Positions 18,294-25,800 of a DNA stretch of 32,000 nucleotides are shown here, in pieces. The notes under the pieces were generated by a model that made no database searches, was not told the DNA's origin, and saw only the letters and a program-made list of their open reading frames with translations. The position numbers were made by a program, and so were the translations under genes. This stretch comes from Rhodobacter capsulatus SB 1003 (lineage in GTDB: Bacteria; Pseudomonadota; Alphaproteobacteria; Rhodobacterales; Rhodobacteraceae): NCBI RefSeq assembly GCF_000021865.1, contig NC_014034.1, forward strand, positions 1,770,001 to 1,802,000, written 5' to 3'. Every line of letters starts with the position of its first letter. Position 1 is the first letter of the stretch.

Positions 18294-19090
18294 GCCGCGG
18301 CCCCGGTCCGGGCCAGGAACCAGTCGGGCAGGGGGGTGGCGCCCCGAAGCGCCCCGACCGCGCCCGCGGCGGCGACGCGGCCGCGATGCAACAGCACCAT
18401 GTCATCCGTGTCGCGCAGCTCGTCGACCAGATGTGTCGCCCAAAGCACAGAGATGCCGGTTGCGGCCAGGTCATGCACATGCGCGGTGATCGCGGCGCGG
18501 GCGGGCGCATCCAGCCCCACCGTCGGCTCGTCGAGCAGCAAAAGCCGCGGCCGGTGGATCAGCGCGCGGGCGATCTCCATCCGCCGCCGGTGCCCGCCGT
18601 TGAGCTTGCCGACCTTTTCCCCCGCCCGTTCCGCCATGCCAAGCCGGGTCAGGGCTTCCTCGATCCGGGCCTCGGTCTCCGCCCGGCCGAGCCCTTGCAG
18701 CGCCGCGAAATAGCGCAGGTTCGCCGCCACCGTCCGGTCCGGATCCTGCGTCGGCTGCTGAAAGACGACGCCGATCCCGGCCAGCGCCGCGCGCGGGGCG
18801 CGGCCCATGTCCACCCCGGCCACCGTCACCACCCCGGGGCGCGGCCGGATCAGCCCGGTCAGGACCGCCATCAAGGTCGATTTCCCCGCCCCGTTCGGGC
18901 CCAGAAGCGCGCAGAACCGCCCCGCGGGCAGGGTGAAGCCGACGCCGTCAAGCGCGGTCTTCGCGCCCCAGCGGTGCGACAGCCCGGCAACGGCAAGGGC
19001 AGGGGCAGGGGCAACGGTGGGGGCGGGGCTAGTCAATAGTGATCGCCAGCCGCTGATCGGAGCCCTTTGCGCCCGGGATTTCAAGCACAT
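18290..19090 (-). CDS. ABC transporter ATP-binding protein (PedB-like)
   Basis: ORF 18290..19090 with GPNGAGKST, LNGGHRRR and LLLLDEPTVGLD. ATG 19090 would overlap the upstream gene by 62 nt. TTG 19036 is an alternative start. Confidence 0.75.
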   Translation of the reverse strand: MCLKSRAQRAPISGWRSLLTSPAPTVAPAPALAVAGLSHRWGAKTALDGVGFTLPAGRFCALLGPNGAGKSTLMAVLTGLIRPRPGVVTVAGVDMGRAPRAALAGIGVVFQQPTQDPDRTVAANLRYFAALQGLGRAETEARIEEALTRLGMAERAGEKVGKLNGGHRRRMEIARALIHRPRLLLLDEPTVGLDAPARAAITAHVHDLAATGISVLWATHLVDELRDTDDMVLLHRGRVAAAGAVGALRGATPLPDWFLARTGAAA

Positions 19091-19454
19091 AAGATCCGGG
19101 CTTCACCGCGACGAAGCCGATTTCCATCGTGCCCGCCTGATCGAATTCGACCGAATGCAGCCCCATCGGCCGGATTTCCAGCCCCTCGATCACCACCTCG
19201 TCCACCCAGATCGCGCGAAAGAAATCACCGCCCGCAAGCCCGATCTCGCCCGAGCCGTCGGCGGTGATCTCGACCTCGTAATAGGTGCCCGATTTCAGCG
19301 CCCAGGGCCCGCCCAGGGGCTCGCCCACTGAAAGCATCACCTCGGGCAGGGTCTGTTTGTTCGGCCCGGCCAGAAGCCCGGCGGGGGCGTCGTCATCTTC
19401 GGCCAAGGCCGGGCTCGCCAGGGCAAGGGCCAGCAGCAGCGGGAAAAGGCGCAT
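19029..19454 (-). CDS. small acidic secreted protein of unknown function, 141 aa
   Basis: Within ORF 19029..19955. ATG 19454 follows AGGAG. Signal peptide is MRLFPLLLALALASPALA. The mature part has 21 Asp/Glu versus 7 Lys/Arg and no Cys. Confidence 0.7.
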   Translation of the reverse strand: MRLFPLLLALALASPALAEDDDAPAGLLAGPNKQTLPEVMLSVGEPLGGPWALKSGTYYEVEITADGSGEIGLAGGDFFRAIWVDEVVIEGLEIRPMGLHSVEFDQAGTMEIGFVAVKPGSYVLEIPGAKGSDQRLAITID

Positions 19455-19462
19455 CGGAACTC

Positions 19463-20425
19463 CTAGTTCGGGGTGGGGCGGGCGGCGGCGCCCCAGGGGA
19501 AGCGGCCGACCTTGATCGTGGCAAGCGGCTCGAGCGTGGCGAGGTCGATCACCGTCACATCGCCCGAGACGCCGTTCGTGGTGAAAAGCCGGGTCTGATC
19601 GGGCGAGATCGCCATGTGCCAGACGCGGCGGCCGACCATGATGTAGCGCTCGACCTGAAGGGTCTTCGCATCGACGACGGCCAGATGATTGGCGGGGCCC
19701 AGCGCCACGAAAACCCGGGCGGCATCGGGCGAGAACCTCATCCCCACGGGTTGCAGCTTTTCTGCCCGCACGCCCGGAATGGCAAAGGAAATCTTGCCCT
19801 TCTCGGTCTGTGTCGCGGTGTCGAACACCGTCACCGTACCGCCGATTTCGGAACTGACCCAAAGTTCCGCGCCATCGGGCGAAAATTCCGCATGCCGCGG
19901 GCGGCTGTCGACCAGCGTGTTCGCGACGATCCGATGCGTCGCCGTGTCGATCCAATGCGCCATGTTGGTGGTTTCCGAGGTCGTCACCTGCAGCTTGCCA
20001 TCGGGGGAAATCCCCATCCCCTCGGGCTCGACGCCGACATCGATCTGCGCCACCACCGACCGGCTTTGCGTATCGACGACGGTGGTGATCGCGTCATCCT
20101 CGTTCGCGATGTAGAGAAGCCGGTCATCGGGGGCGAGGACGAATTGCTCGGGATCCTCGCCCGAGGGCAGGTCATGCAGGATCGCCCCCGTCTCCGGGTC
20201 TATCACCTGCACCGCGTCGCTGTCCGAGGCGCAGATGTAAAGCCGCTTGAAATCGCGCGAAAAGGTGATGCCGCGCGGCCGTTCGCCGGTGGGATAGGTG
20301 GCCTTGACCGCCAGCGTCGCGACGTCGATCACGCTGACCGTGTCGTCGGATTCGTTCGTCACCCAGATTTCATCGGCCATCGCGGGCGTGGCGAGCAGGG
20401 TCGTCAGCAAAAGGGCGCGGATCAT
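19463..20425 (-). CDS. YVTN-type beta-propeller protein (PedA2 / LutB-like)
   Basis: Within ORF 19463..20449. ATG 20425 overlaps the upstream stop (ATGA). Signal peptide present. Repeated motifs: VSVIDV, ISPDG, FSPDG, VTVFD, VTVIDL. Confidence 0.8.
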   Translation of the reverse strand: MIRALLLTTLLATPAMADEIWVTNESDDTVSVIDVATLAVKATYPTGERPRGITFSRDFKRLYICASDSDAVQVIDPETGAILHDLPSGEDPEQFVLAPDDRLLYIANEDDAITTVVDTQSRSVVAQIDVGVEPEGMGISPDGKLQVTTSETTNMAHWIDTATHRIVANTLVDSRPRHAEFSPDGAELWVSSEIGGTVTVFDTATQTEKGKISFAIPGVRAEKLQPVGMRFSPDAARVFVALGPANHLAVVDAKTLQVERYIMVGRRVWHMAISPDQTRLFTTNGVSGDVTVIDLATLEPLATIKVGRFPWGAAARPTPN

Positions 20426-21591
20426 GGTCTGGCTCCGAAGGCGGTGCAAAGGGTTTCGGGGCGGTCGGTGCCCAATGTGTCAAGCTCGTTCGTCTGGTGC
20501 AGGAAGCCTTCGAGCGGGGCCATCGCCACCACGGCGCGTTCGGTCACAAGCGGCATCGGCTGGCGCATCTGCCCGTCCCAGGGGCGGAAGCTGACCGGCT
20601 GGCCGAGGAATGCCGCGATCCGCGCCTTGTCCGAAAGCAGGAAGCTGCGCAGGGCCGCGGGATCGGCCGTGCCCGTGCGGGTGCGCGCGTCGGAAATCGC
20701 GGCGATGGCGGCCCAGGCGGCGAAATCGGCGTCCTGCATCGGGCGGCTGGCGGCGCTGCGAAACCGCAGCTGCAGCTGCGCCGCGCCGTAATCTTCGACC
20801 ACCTCGGTCCAGCCTTTCGCGGTCAGCCCTTCGGAGCCCGCGACCGGGCGCGGCAACCAGGTGTTGAAGGGGATGTAACGGGCGAAATCGCCGCGTTCAT
20901 CGGCCACGAGCAGCAGGTCATGTTCGGGCAGGTCCTGGGTGAAAAGCGGCACCTCGGCCGCGCCGGACCGGCGCATGTCGGCGCTCAGCGGCCAGTCCTT
21001 TTCCCCCGCAAGCGAGAGGCCGAATTTCGTCAGGCTGGCTTTCAGCGCCGCGGCAAAGGCGCGGTCCTCGGGCTGCGGGCCGGTGATCAGCGCAAGGCTT
21101 TCCCAGCGTTTCGCCCGCAATTGCTGCGCCAGCGCATCGGTGCGCATCGCGGTCGAGGGCAGCGTGTGCAGCACGTTCGCCCGGCAGTCTTCGGCGCGCA
21201 GCCGCGGCTCGGGCGCGGCGGTGTTGAAGATCAGCGCCCCTTGTGCCTCGGGTAGATCGGCCAGCGCCAGCAGATCGGCGGCCGGGGCGCGCACGATCAG
21301 CACCCGGGCGCCCGCGGCCAGAAGGCGTTGCGCGGCGGCGAGAAAGTCTGCCTCGGGGGGCACGACGGTTTCGTGCAACGCCCAGTCGATCTTGAGGAAT
21401 TTCCCCGTCGTCGCGATATCGGCGAGGCTGAGCCGCGCCCCCGCAAGGCCCAGATCGGCCGGATCGCCCGCAAGGTTCGACAGCACCACCGGCGGCGTCA
21501 CCTGATGCTGAAGCCAGTCAAGACGCACCGTCTCGGCCGCGGCCGGACCGCCGACCATGAGCGCCATCGCTGTCAAAAAAGCCTTGTGCAT
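20422..21591 (-). CDS. LivK-fold periplasmic substrate-binding protein of the PQQ-dehydrogenase-associated ABC system (PedA1 / LutA-like)
   Basis: ORF 20422..21591, 389 aa, with signal peptide. It is the first gene of the minus-strand operon. A GGGGGAGAG Shine-Dalgarno-like run lies upstream. Confidence 0.7.
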   Translation of the reverse strand: MHKAFLTAMALMVGGPAAAETVRLDWLQHQVTPPVVLSNLAGDPADLGLAGARLSLADIATTGKFLKIDWALHETVVPPEADFLAAAQRLLAAGARVLIVRAPAADLLALADLPEAQGALIFNTAAPEPRLRAEDCRANVLHTLPSTAMRTDALAQQLRAKRWESLALITGPQPEDRAFAAALKASLTKFGLSLAGEKDWPLSADMRRSGAAEVPLFTQDLPEHDLLLVADERGDFARYIPFNTWLPRPVAGSEGLTAKGWTEVVEDYGAAQLQLRFRSAASRPMQDADFAAWAAIAAISDARTRTGTADPAALRSFLLSDKARIAAFLGQPVSFRPWDGQMRQPMPLVTERAVVAMAPLEGFLHQTNELDTLGTDRPETLCTAFGARP

Positions 21592-21708
21592 CCTGGTCTC
21601 TCCCCCCGGGCAGGCTCGCCCGCGCCGCCGCGCCGATGCAATACGACCAAGGTCTAGGGCAGGGGGCGCGGGGGCGTGTTAGCCTGATGTCCGGTTCGGA
21701 GGTGTCGC

Positions 21709-22251
21709 ATGCGCAAATCTGCCCTTTCGCTGGCGCTTCTGTCTGTCCTTGGCCTGCCCGCGGCGGCGCAGGAGGGGACGCAGGGCGATCTGAACCCGCC
21801 CGAGATGAGCCTCGAGCGGGTGCTGCGCGATGTCGAACGGGGGGAGACCTCGATGACCCACTGCGCGAGCGGTTATTTCCTGACGAAATCGGGCGATCAT
21901 GCGGGCGCGCGTGCGGTCTTCGGGCTTTGCGCCGAGCGCGGCTGGACCGGGGCGATGACCTGGATGAGCCAGCTCGACGACAACGGGCTGGGCGGTCCCG
22001 AGGATCCGGCGGCGGCGGCCGAATGGAACCGGCGGGCCGCCGCGGCGGGCGATCCGGTCGGGCTGTTCAACCGCGGTCTGGATCTTTTGCGCGGGCGCGG
22101 CACCGCCCGCGACCCCGAGGCGGGGCGGCAGTTCGTCGACCGGGCCGCCGCGGCGGGTCTGGGCGATGCGCAGCGGCTGCAGCGCGCGGGCTATGATTGG
22201 CGCGAAGTCACCCCCGATGCCGACGAGGCGCGGTACATGCCGCAGGGTTGA
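21709..22251 (+). CDS. secreted Sel1-like repeat protein
   Basis: ORF 21709..22251. GGAGGTG lies upstream and a signal peptide is present. AAEWNRRAAAAGDPVGLFNRGL and GRQFVDRAAAAGLGDAQ resemble Sel1/TPR-like repeats. Confidence 0.6.
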   Translation: MRKSALSLALLSVLGLPAAAQEGTQGDLNPPEMSLERVLRDVERGETSMTHCASGYFLTKSGDHAGARAVFGLCAERGWTGAMTWMSQLDDNGLGGPEDPAAAAEWNRRAAAAGDPVGLFNRGLDLLRGRGTARDPEAGRQFVDRAAAAGLGDAQRLQRAGYDWREVTPDADEARYMPQG

Positions 22252-22364
22252 GGGGCCGGTTTCGGCCTTCCCTGCGACCAAAGTCCAATGGCGCGTTTGA
22301 TGCGGATCAACCGAGGGTGCGGCAAGCGGAATAGACTGGCGCCGAATGATCAGGAGAGTTGGCC

Positions 22365-22751
22365 ATGAGAAAACGTTTCATCCTTGCCGCCGTGCTGGCC
22401 GCGGCCCTTGCCTCTGGCGCGCAGGCGGACCCGACCCAGCGCATCAAGATCGATGCCGGGCGGCAATTCTTTGACGCCAACTGCCACCGCTGCCATTCGG
22501 TCGATGCCGACAGGAAAAGTTACGGCCCGCTGCTCGAGGGCGTCGTCGGGCGCCGCGCCGGGTCGTTCCCGGGCTATCCCTATTCGAAGGCGCTGGCGGC
22601 GTCGGGCTTCGTCTGGACCAAGGGCGCGATCCGCGCCTGGATCGAGGCGAATGACCAGCTCGTGCCCGGCACGAAGATGCGCCATGTCGGCATCACCGAT
22701 CCGACGGTGCAGGATTTCATCGTCGAATATCTGGCCAGCCTGCAGCCCTGA
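22365..22751 (+). CDS. class I c-type cytochrome (c2-like), 128 aa
   Basis: Within ORF 22359..22751. ATG 22365 is 8 nt after AGGAG. Signal peptide, heme motif CHRCH and Met-ligand context VPGTKM are present. Confidence 0.8.
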   Translation: MRKRFILAAVLAAALASGAQADPTQRIKIDAGRQFFDANCHRCHSVDADRKSYGPLLEGVVGRRAGSFPGYPYSKALAASGFVWTKGAIRAWIEANDQLVPGTKMRHVGITDPTVQDFIVEYLASLQP

Positions 22752-22771
22752 GACGGCTTTGGTTCGGCCCC

Positions 22772-22983
22772 GTTTCGGGCGGATCCGGAAAGGCACCGCC
22801 TTTCCCCGCCCGTGCCGCAGCGGCGGTGACAAGGCCGTTTCCACAGGCGCGACAGAGGGCAGCGCCCGGCCCGGCGGGCGAGAAGCGCCCGCCATGGGCG
22901 GGGCGGGCGCTGCCCGAGGGCCTTTGGGCCCTCGGGGGTCCCGGGGCGCAAATGTCCCGCAGGCCTCGGCGATGGCCTCGGCC
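22772..22983. repeat. ~212-bp multi-hairpin intergenic repeat, copy B
   Basis: Direct-orientation copy of 17281-17493, located between the cytochrome c stop and the xoxF start. Confidence 0.8.
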
Positions 22984-23007
22984 CACCGGCCGCCACGGGC
23001 CGCCTAA

Positions 23008-23023
23008 GACCAATGGACAATAC
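23008..23023 (+). promoter_or_regulatory. candidate operator GACCAATGGACAATAC upstream of xoxF
   Basis: 15 of 16 positions match 24945-24960. It ends 85 nt upstream of ATG 23109. Confidence 0.4.
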
Positions 23024-23108
23024 CCGCCGCCGCCGCCCCCGCCGATACTTCGCAAAGTCGTGATCAGACCGGTGCGGGGCGTGATCGGACAACAGGGAGG
23101 AGAAGAAA

Positions 23109-24878
23109 ATGAACCGTTTCGTTCTGGCCGCGGTGGTGGCCCTGACATGTTTCGGCACCGCGCAGGCGGGCGGCGTGACCGAGGAGGATCTGCGCAACGA
23201 CCAGCAGACCGCGGGCGACGTGGTGACGAACGGGATGGGGCGCGATCTGCAGCGGTTCAGCCCGCTTGCCACGCTCAACCGCGACAACGTCAAGAACCTG
23301 ATGCCCGCCTGGGCCTTCAGCCTGGGCGGCGAGAAGCAGCGCGGCCAGGAAAGCCAGCCGATCGTCTATGACGGCGTCATGTACATCACCGGCTCCTATT
23401 CGCGGCTTTACGCGATCGACATCCACACCGGCAAGGAGATTTGGCAATATGACGCCCGCCTGCCCGAGGGCATCCTGCCCTGCTGCGACGTGATCAACCG
23501 CGGCGCGGCGATCTATGGCGACAATGTCTATTTCGGCACCCTTGATGCCCGCATCGTCGCGCTCGACCGCAAGACCGGCGATGTGAAATGGAACAAGAAG
23601 ATCGCCGATTACAAGGAAGGCTATTCCTACACCGCCGCGCCGCTGATCGTGAACGGGCTCGTCATCACCGGCAATTCGGGCGGCGAATTCGGCATCGTCG
23701 GCGAGGTGCAGGCGCGCAATGCGGAGACGGGCGAGCTGGTCTGGACCCGGCCGATGATCGAGGGCCACATGGGCACGCTGAACGGCAAGCCCTCGACGAT
23801 GACGGGCACGCTGAACGCGACCTGGCCGGGCGATCTGTGGAAGACCGGCGGCGGCGCCACCTGGCTTGGCGGCAGCTATGATGCCGAGACCGACACGCTG
23901 GTCTTCGGCGCGGGCAACCCGGCGCCCTGGAACAGCCATCTGCGCAACGCGGGCACGCCCACCGAGGGTAACAAGGGCGACAACCTTTACGCCGCCTCGC
24001 GCGTGGGGATCGACCCGGCGACGGGCGAGATCAAGTGGCACTTCCAGACCACCCCGCGCGAGGGCTGGGATTTCGACGGCGTGAACGAGGTGGTGGGCTT
24101 TGTCGACAAGGACGGCAACAAGCGCTTTGCCACCGCCGACCGCAACGGTTTCTTTTATGTGCTCAACCGCGCGGACGGCAAATTCGTCAACGCCTGGCCC
24201 TTCGTGAAGAACATCACCTGGGCCAAGGGCATCGATGAAACCGGCCGTCCGATCTACAACGAGGAGAACCGCCCCGGTGCCCCCGATGCCGCGGCCGAAG
24301 CGGCCAAGGGCCAGCAGATCTTTGCCGTGCCCTCGTTCCTGGGCGGCAAGAACTGGATGCCGATGGCCTACAGCCAGACCACGGGGCTCTTCTATGTCCC
24401 CTCGAACGAATGGGGGATGGATATCTGGAACGAGCCGATCAATTACAAGAAGGGCGCGGCTTACCTGGGCGCGGGCTTCACGATCAAGCCGCTCTTCGAG
24501 GATTACATCGGCTCGCTCAAGGCGATCGATCCGAATACGGGCGCGGTGAAATGGGAATACAAGAACGACGCGCCGCTGTGGGGGGGCGTGATGACCACCG
24601 CGGGCAAGCTGGTCTTCACCGGCAACCCCGAGGGCGAGTTCATGGCGCTGGACGCGGAAACCGGCGAAAAGCTGTGGTCGTTCCAGACCGGCTCGGGCAT
24701 CGTCGGCCAGCCGATCACCTGGGAACAGGACGGCGAGCAATATGTCTCGATCATCTCGGGCTGGGGCGGCGCGGTGCCGCTTTGGGGCGGCGAAGTGGCC
24801 AAGCGCGTCAACTATCTGAACCAGGGCGGCACGGTCTGGACCTTCCGGCTGCCCAAGCAGCTTGCCTCGGTCAACTGA
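23109..24878 (+). CDS. xoxF: XoxF-type PQQ-dependent methanol/alcohol dehydrogenase (lanthanide-dependent type)
   Basis: ORF 23109..24878, 589 aa. GGGAGGAGAAG lies upstream and a signal peptide is present. The vicinal Cys pair [10 protein letters not shown] is at 23481-23486. WDFDGVNE (24066-24089) carries the extra Asp that distinguishes XoxF from MxaF. Confidence 0.9.
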   Translation: MNRFVLAAVVALTCFGTAQAGGVTEEDLRNDQQTAGDVVTNGMGRDLQRFSPLATLNRDNVKNLMPAWAFSLGGEKQRGQESQPIVYDGVMYITGSYSRLYAIDIHTGKEIWQYDARLPEGILPCCDVINRGAAIYGDNVYFGTLDARIVALDRKTGDVKWNKKIADYKEGYSYTAAPLIVNGLVITGNSGGEFGIVGEVQARNAETGELVWTRPMIEGHMGTLNGKPSTMTGTLNATWPGDLWKTGGGATWLGGSYDAETDTLVFGAGNPAPWNSHLRNAGTPTEGNKGDNLYAASRVGIDPATGEIKWHFQTTPREGWDFDGVNEVVGFVDKDGNKRFATADRNGFFYVLNRADGKFVNAWPFVKNITWAKGIDETGRPIYNEENRPGAPDAAAEAAKGQQIFAVPSFLGGKNWMPMAYSQTTGLFYVPSNEWGMDIWNEPINYKKGAAYLGAGFTIKPLFEDYIGSLKAIDPNTGAVKWEYKNDAPLWGGVMTTAGKLVFTGNPEGEFMALDAETGEKLWSFQTGSGIVGQPITWEQDGEQYVSIISGWGGAVPLWGGEVAKRVNYLNQGGTVWTFRLPKQLASVN

Positions 24879-24897
24879 GGGGGGGCTGATCGAAAGG

Positions 24898-24926
24898 GGG
24901 CGTCCGGGGTATCCCGGGCGCCCTTT
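24898..24926 (+). terminator. terminator-like hairpin after xoxF
   Basis: GGGCGTCCGGG-GTAT-CCCGGGCGCCC forms 11 bp including one G-U pair, followed by TTT. The U-tract is weak. Confidence 0.45.
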
Positions 24927-24937
24927 GCCATGCCGGG

Positions 24938-24960
24938 CCAATGCGACCATTGGACAATAC
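24938..24960 (+). promoter_or_regulatory. candidate operator CCAATGCGACCATTGGACAATAC upstream of the response-regulator gene
   Basis: Perfect 6-bp inverted repeat CCAATG-N4-CATTGG, plus a 16-mer shared with the xoxF upstream region. TTGGAC-N16-TATGAT could also be a sigma-70-like promoter. Confidence 0.4.
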
Positions 24961-25034
24961 GGGGGCGGCGCTATGATTGTTAGGGTGCAAAGACACTTAT
25001 CGCCCAAAGGGCGGAGAGAGACAGGACAGGCCCG

Positions 25035-25754
25035 ATGACCCCGGAACCCGCCGCCGCCGCCAGCCCGCGCACCGATTTCCGCTCGGCGCTGATCGTCGAT
25101 GACCACCCGCTGTTTTGCGACGCGCTGGCGATGACGCTGCAGGCGGTGGCCGGGATCGAGGAGATCGCCAGCGCCGACAGTCTGGAAACCGCGCTGATCC
25201 GCGTCGAAAGCGCCGAGGGGGCACCGGCCGACGTGCTGGTGCTGGATCTGAACCTGCCCGATGTGAACGGGCTGGACGGGCTGATGCGGCTGCGTCAGGC
25301 GGCGCCAGAGATGCCGATCGTGGTGGTCTCCTCGATCGATGATCCGCGGGTGATCCGCGCCGCGATCTCGGCGGGGGCGGCGGGCTTCGTGCCGAAACAT
25401 TCGCGCCGGGAATTGTTTCGCGCCGCCTTTGCCGCCATCGCGCGCGGCGAAATCTTCGTGCCGGAATCGACGGGCGACAGCCTCGCCACCGGCGACGGCA
25501 TGAGCCCGCAGGACGAGGCCATCCGCCGCCTCAGCCTGCTGACCCGGCAACAGGCGAACATCCTGGAACAGATCTGCGCGGGCAAGATGAACAAGCAGAT
25601 CGCCTATGACCTGTCGATTGCCGAAACCACGGTCAAGGCGCATGTGACGGCGATCATGCGCAAGCTGGGCGTCTATTCCCGCACCCAGGCCGTGCTTCTG
25701 GCGCGCGAGGCGCAGATCAATGCGCCCTTGCCGGAAGGCTGGCGCAAGCCGTAG
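25035..25754 (+). CDS. NarL/FixJ (LuxR-type) response regulator
   Basis: ORF 25035..25754. The receiver shows ALIVDDHP and VLVLDLNLPD. The C-terminal HTH is LTRQQANILEQICAGKMNKQIAYDLSIAETTVKAHV. Confidence 0.85.
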   Translation: MTPEPAAAASPRTDFRSALIVDDHPLFCDALAMTLQAVAGIEEIASADSLETALIRVESAEGAPADVLVLDLNLPDVNGLDGLMRLRQAAPEMPIVVVSSIDDPRVIRAAISAGAAGFVPKHSRRELFRAAFAAIARGEIFVPESTGDSLATGDGMSPQDEAIRRLSLLTRQQANILEQICAGKMNKQIAYDLSIAETTVKAHVTAIMRKLGVYSRTQAVLLAREAQINAPLPEGWRKP

Positions 25755-25800
25755 GATGCCCGCGGAAGTTGAAATGCCAAAGCGGCAGGAGGAGGCTGCG

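Noticed and set aside
21639-21656. CAATACGACCAAGGTCTA in the pedA1-like / sel1 divergent region as a degenerate copy of the CCATTGGTCTAATA motif.
   Set aside because: It needs a gap and several mismatches, which is too weak to call without genome-wide statistics.
22252-22270. Hairpin GGCCG-GTTT-CGGCC after the Sel1 gene as a terminator.
   Set aside because: The stem is only 5 bp plus wobble pairs and there is no real U-tract. The downstream cytochrome gene is probably co-transcribed.
22284-22292. CCAATGG upstream of the small cytochrome c gene as another copy of the shared motif.
   Set aside because: Only the 7-mer matches. Several chance occurrences of a 7-mer are expected in 32 kb, and the downstream AATA part is missing.
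23024-23035. A (CCG)4 microsatellite upstream of xoxF.
   Set aside because: It is short and typical of GC-rich intergenic DNA, with no evidence of a phase-variation context.
23014-23049. A sigma-70-like promoter for xoxF using TGGACA as -35 and GATACT as -10.
   Set aside because: The spacing is 24 nt, far from the 16-18 nt optimum. The shared motif is better treated as a regulator site.
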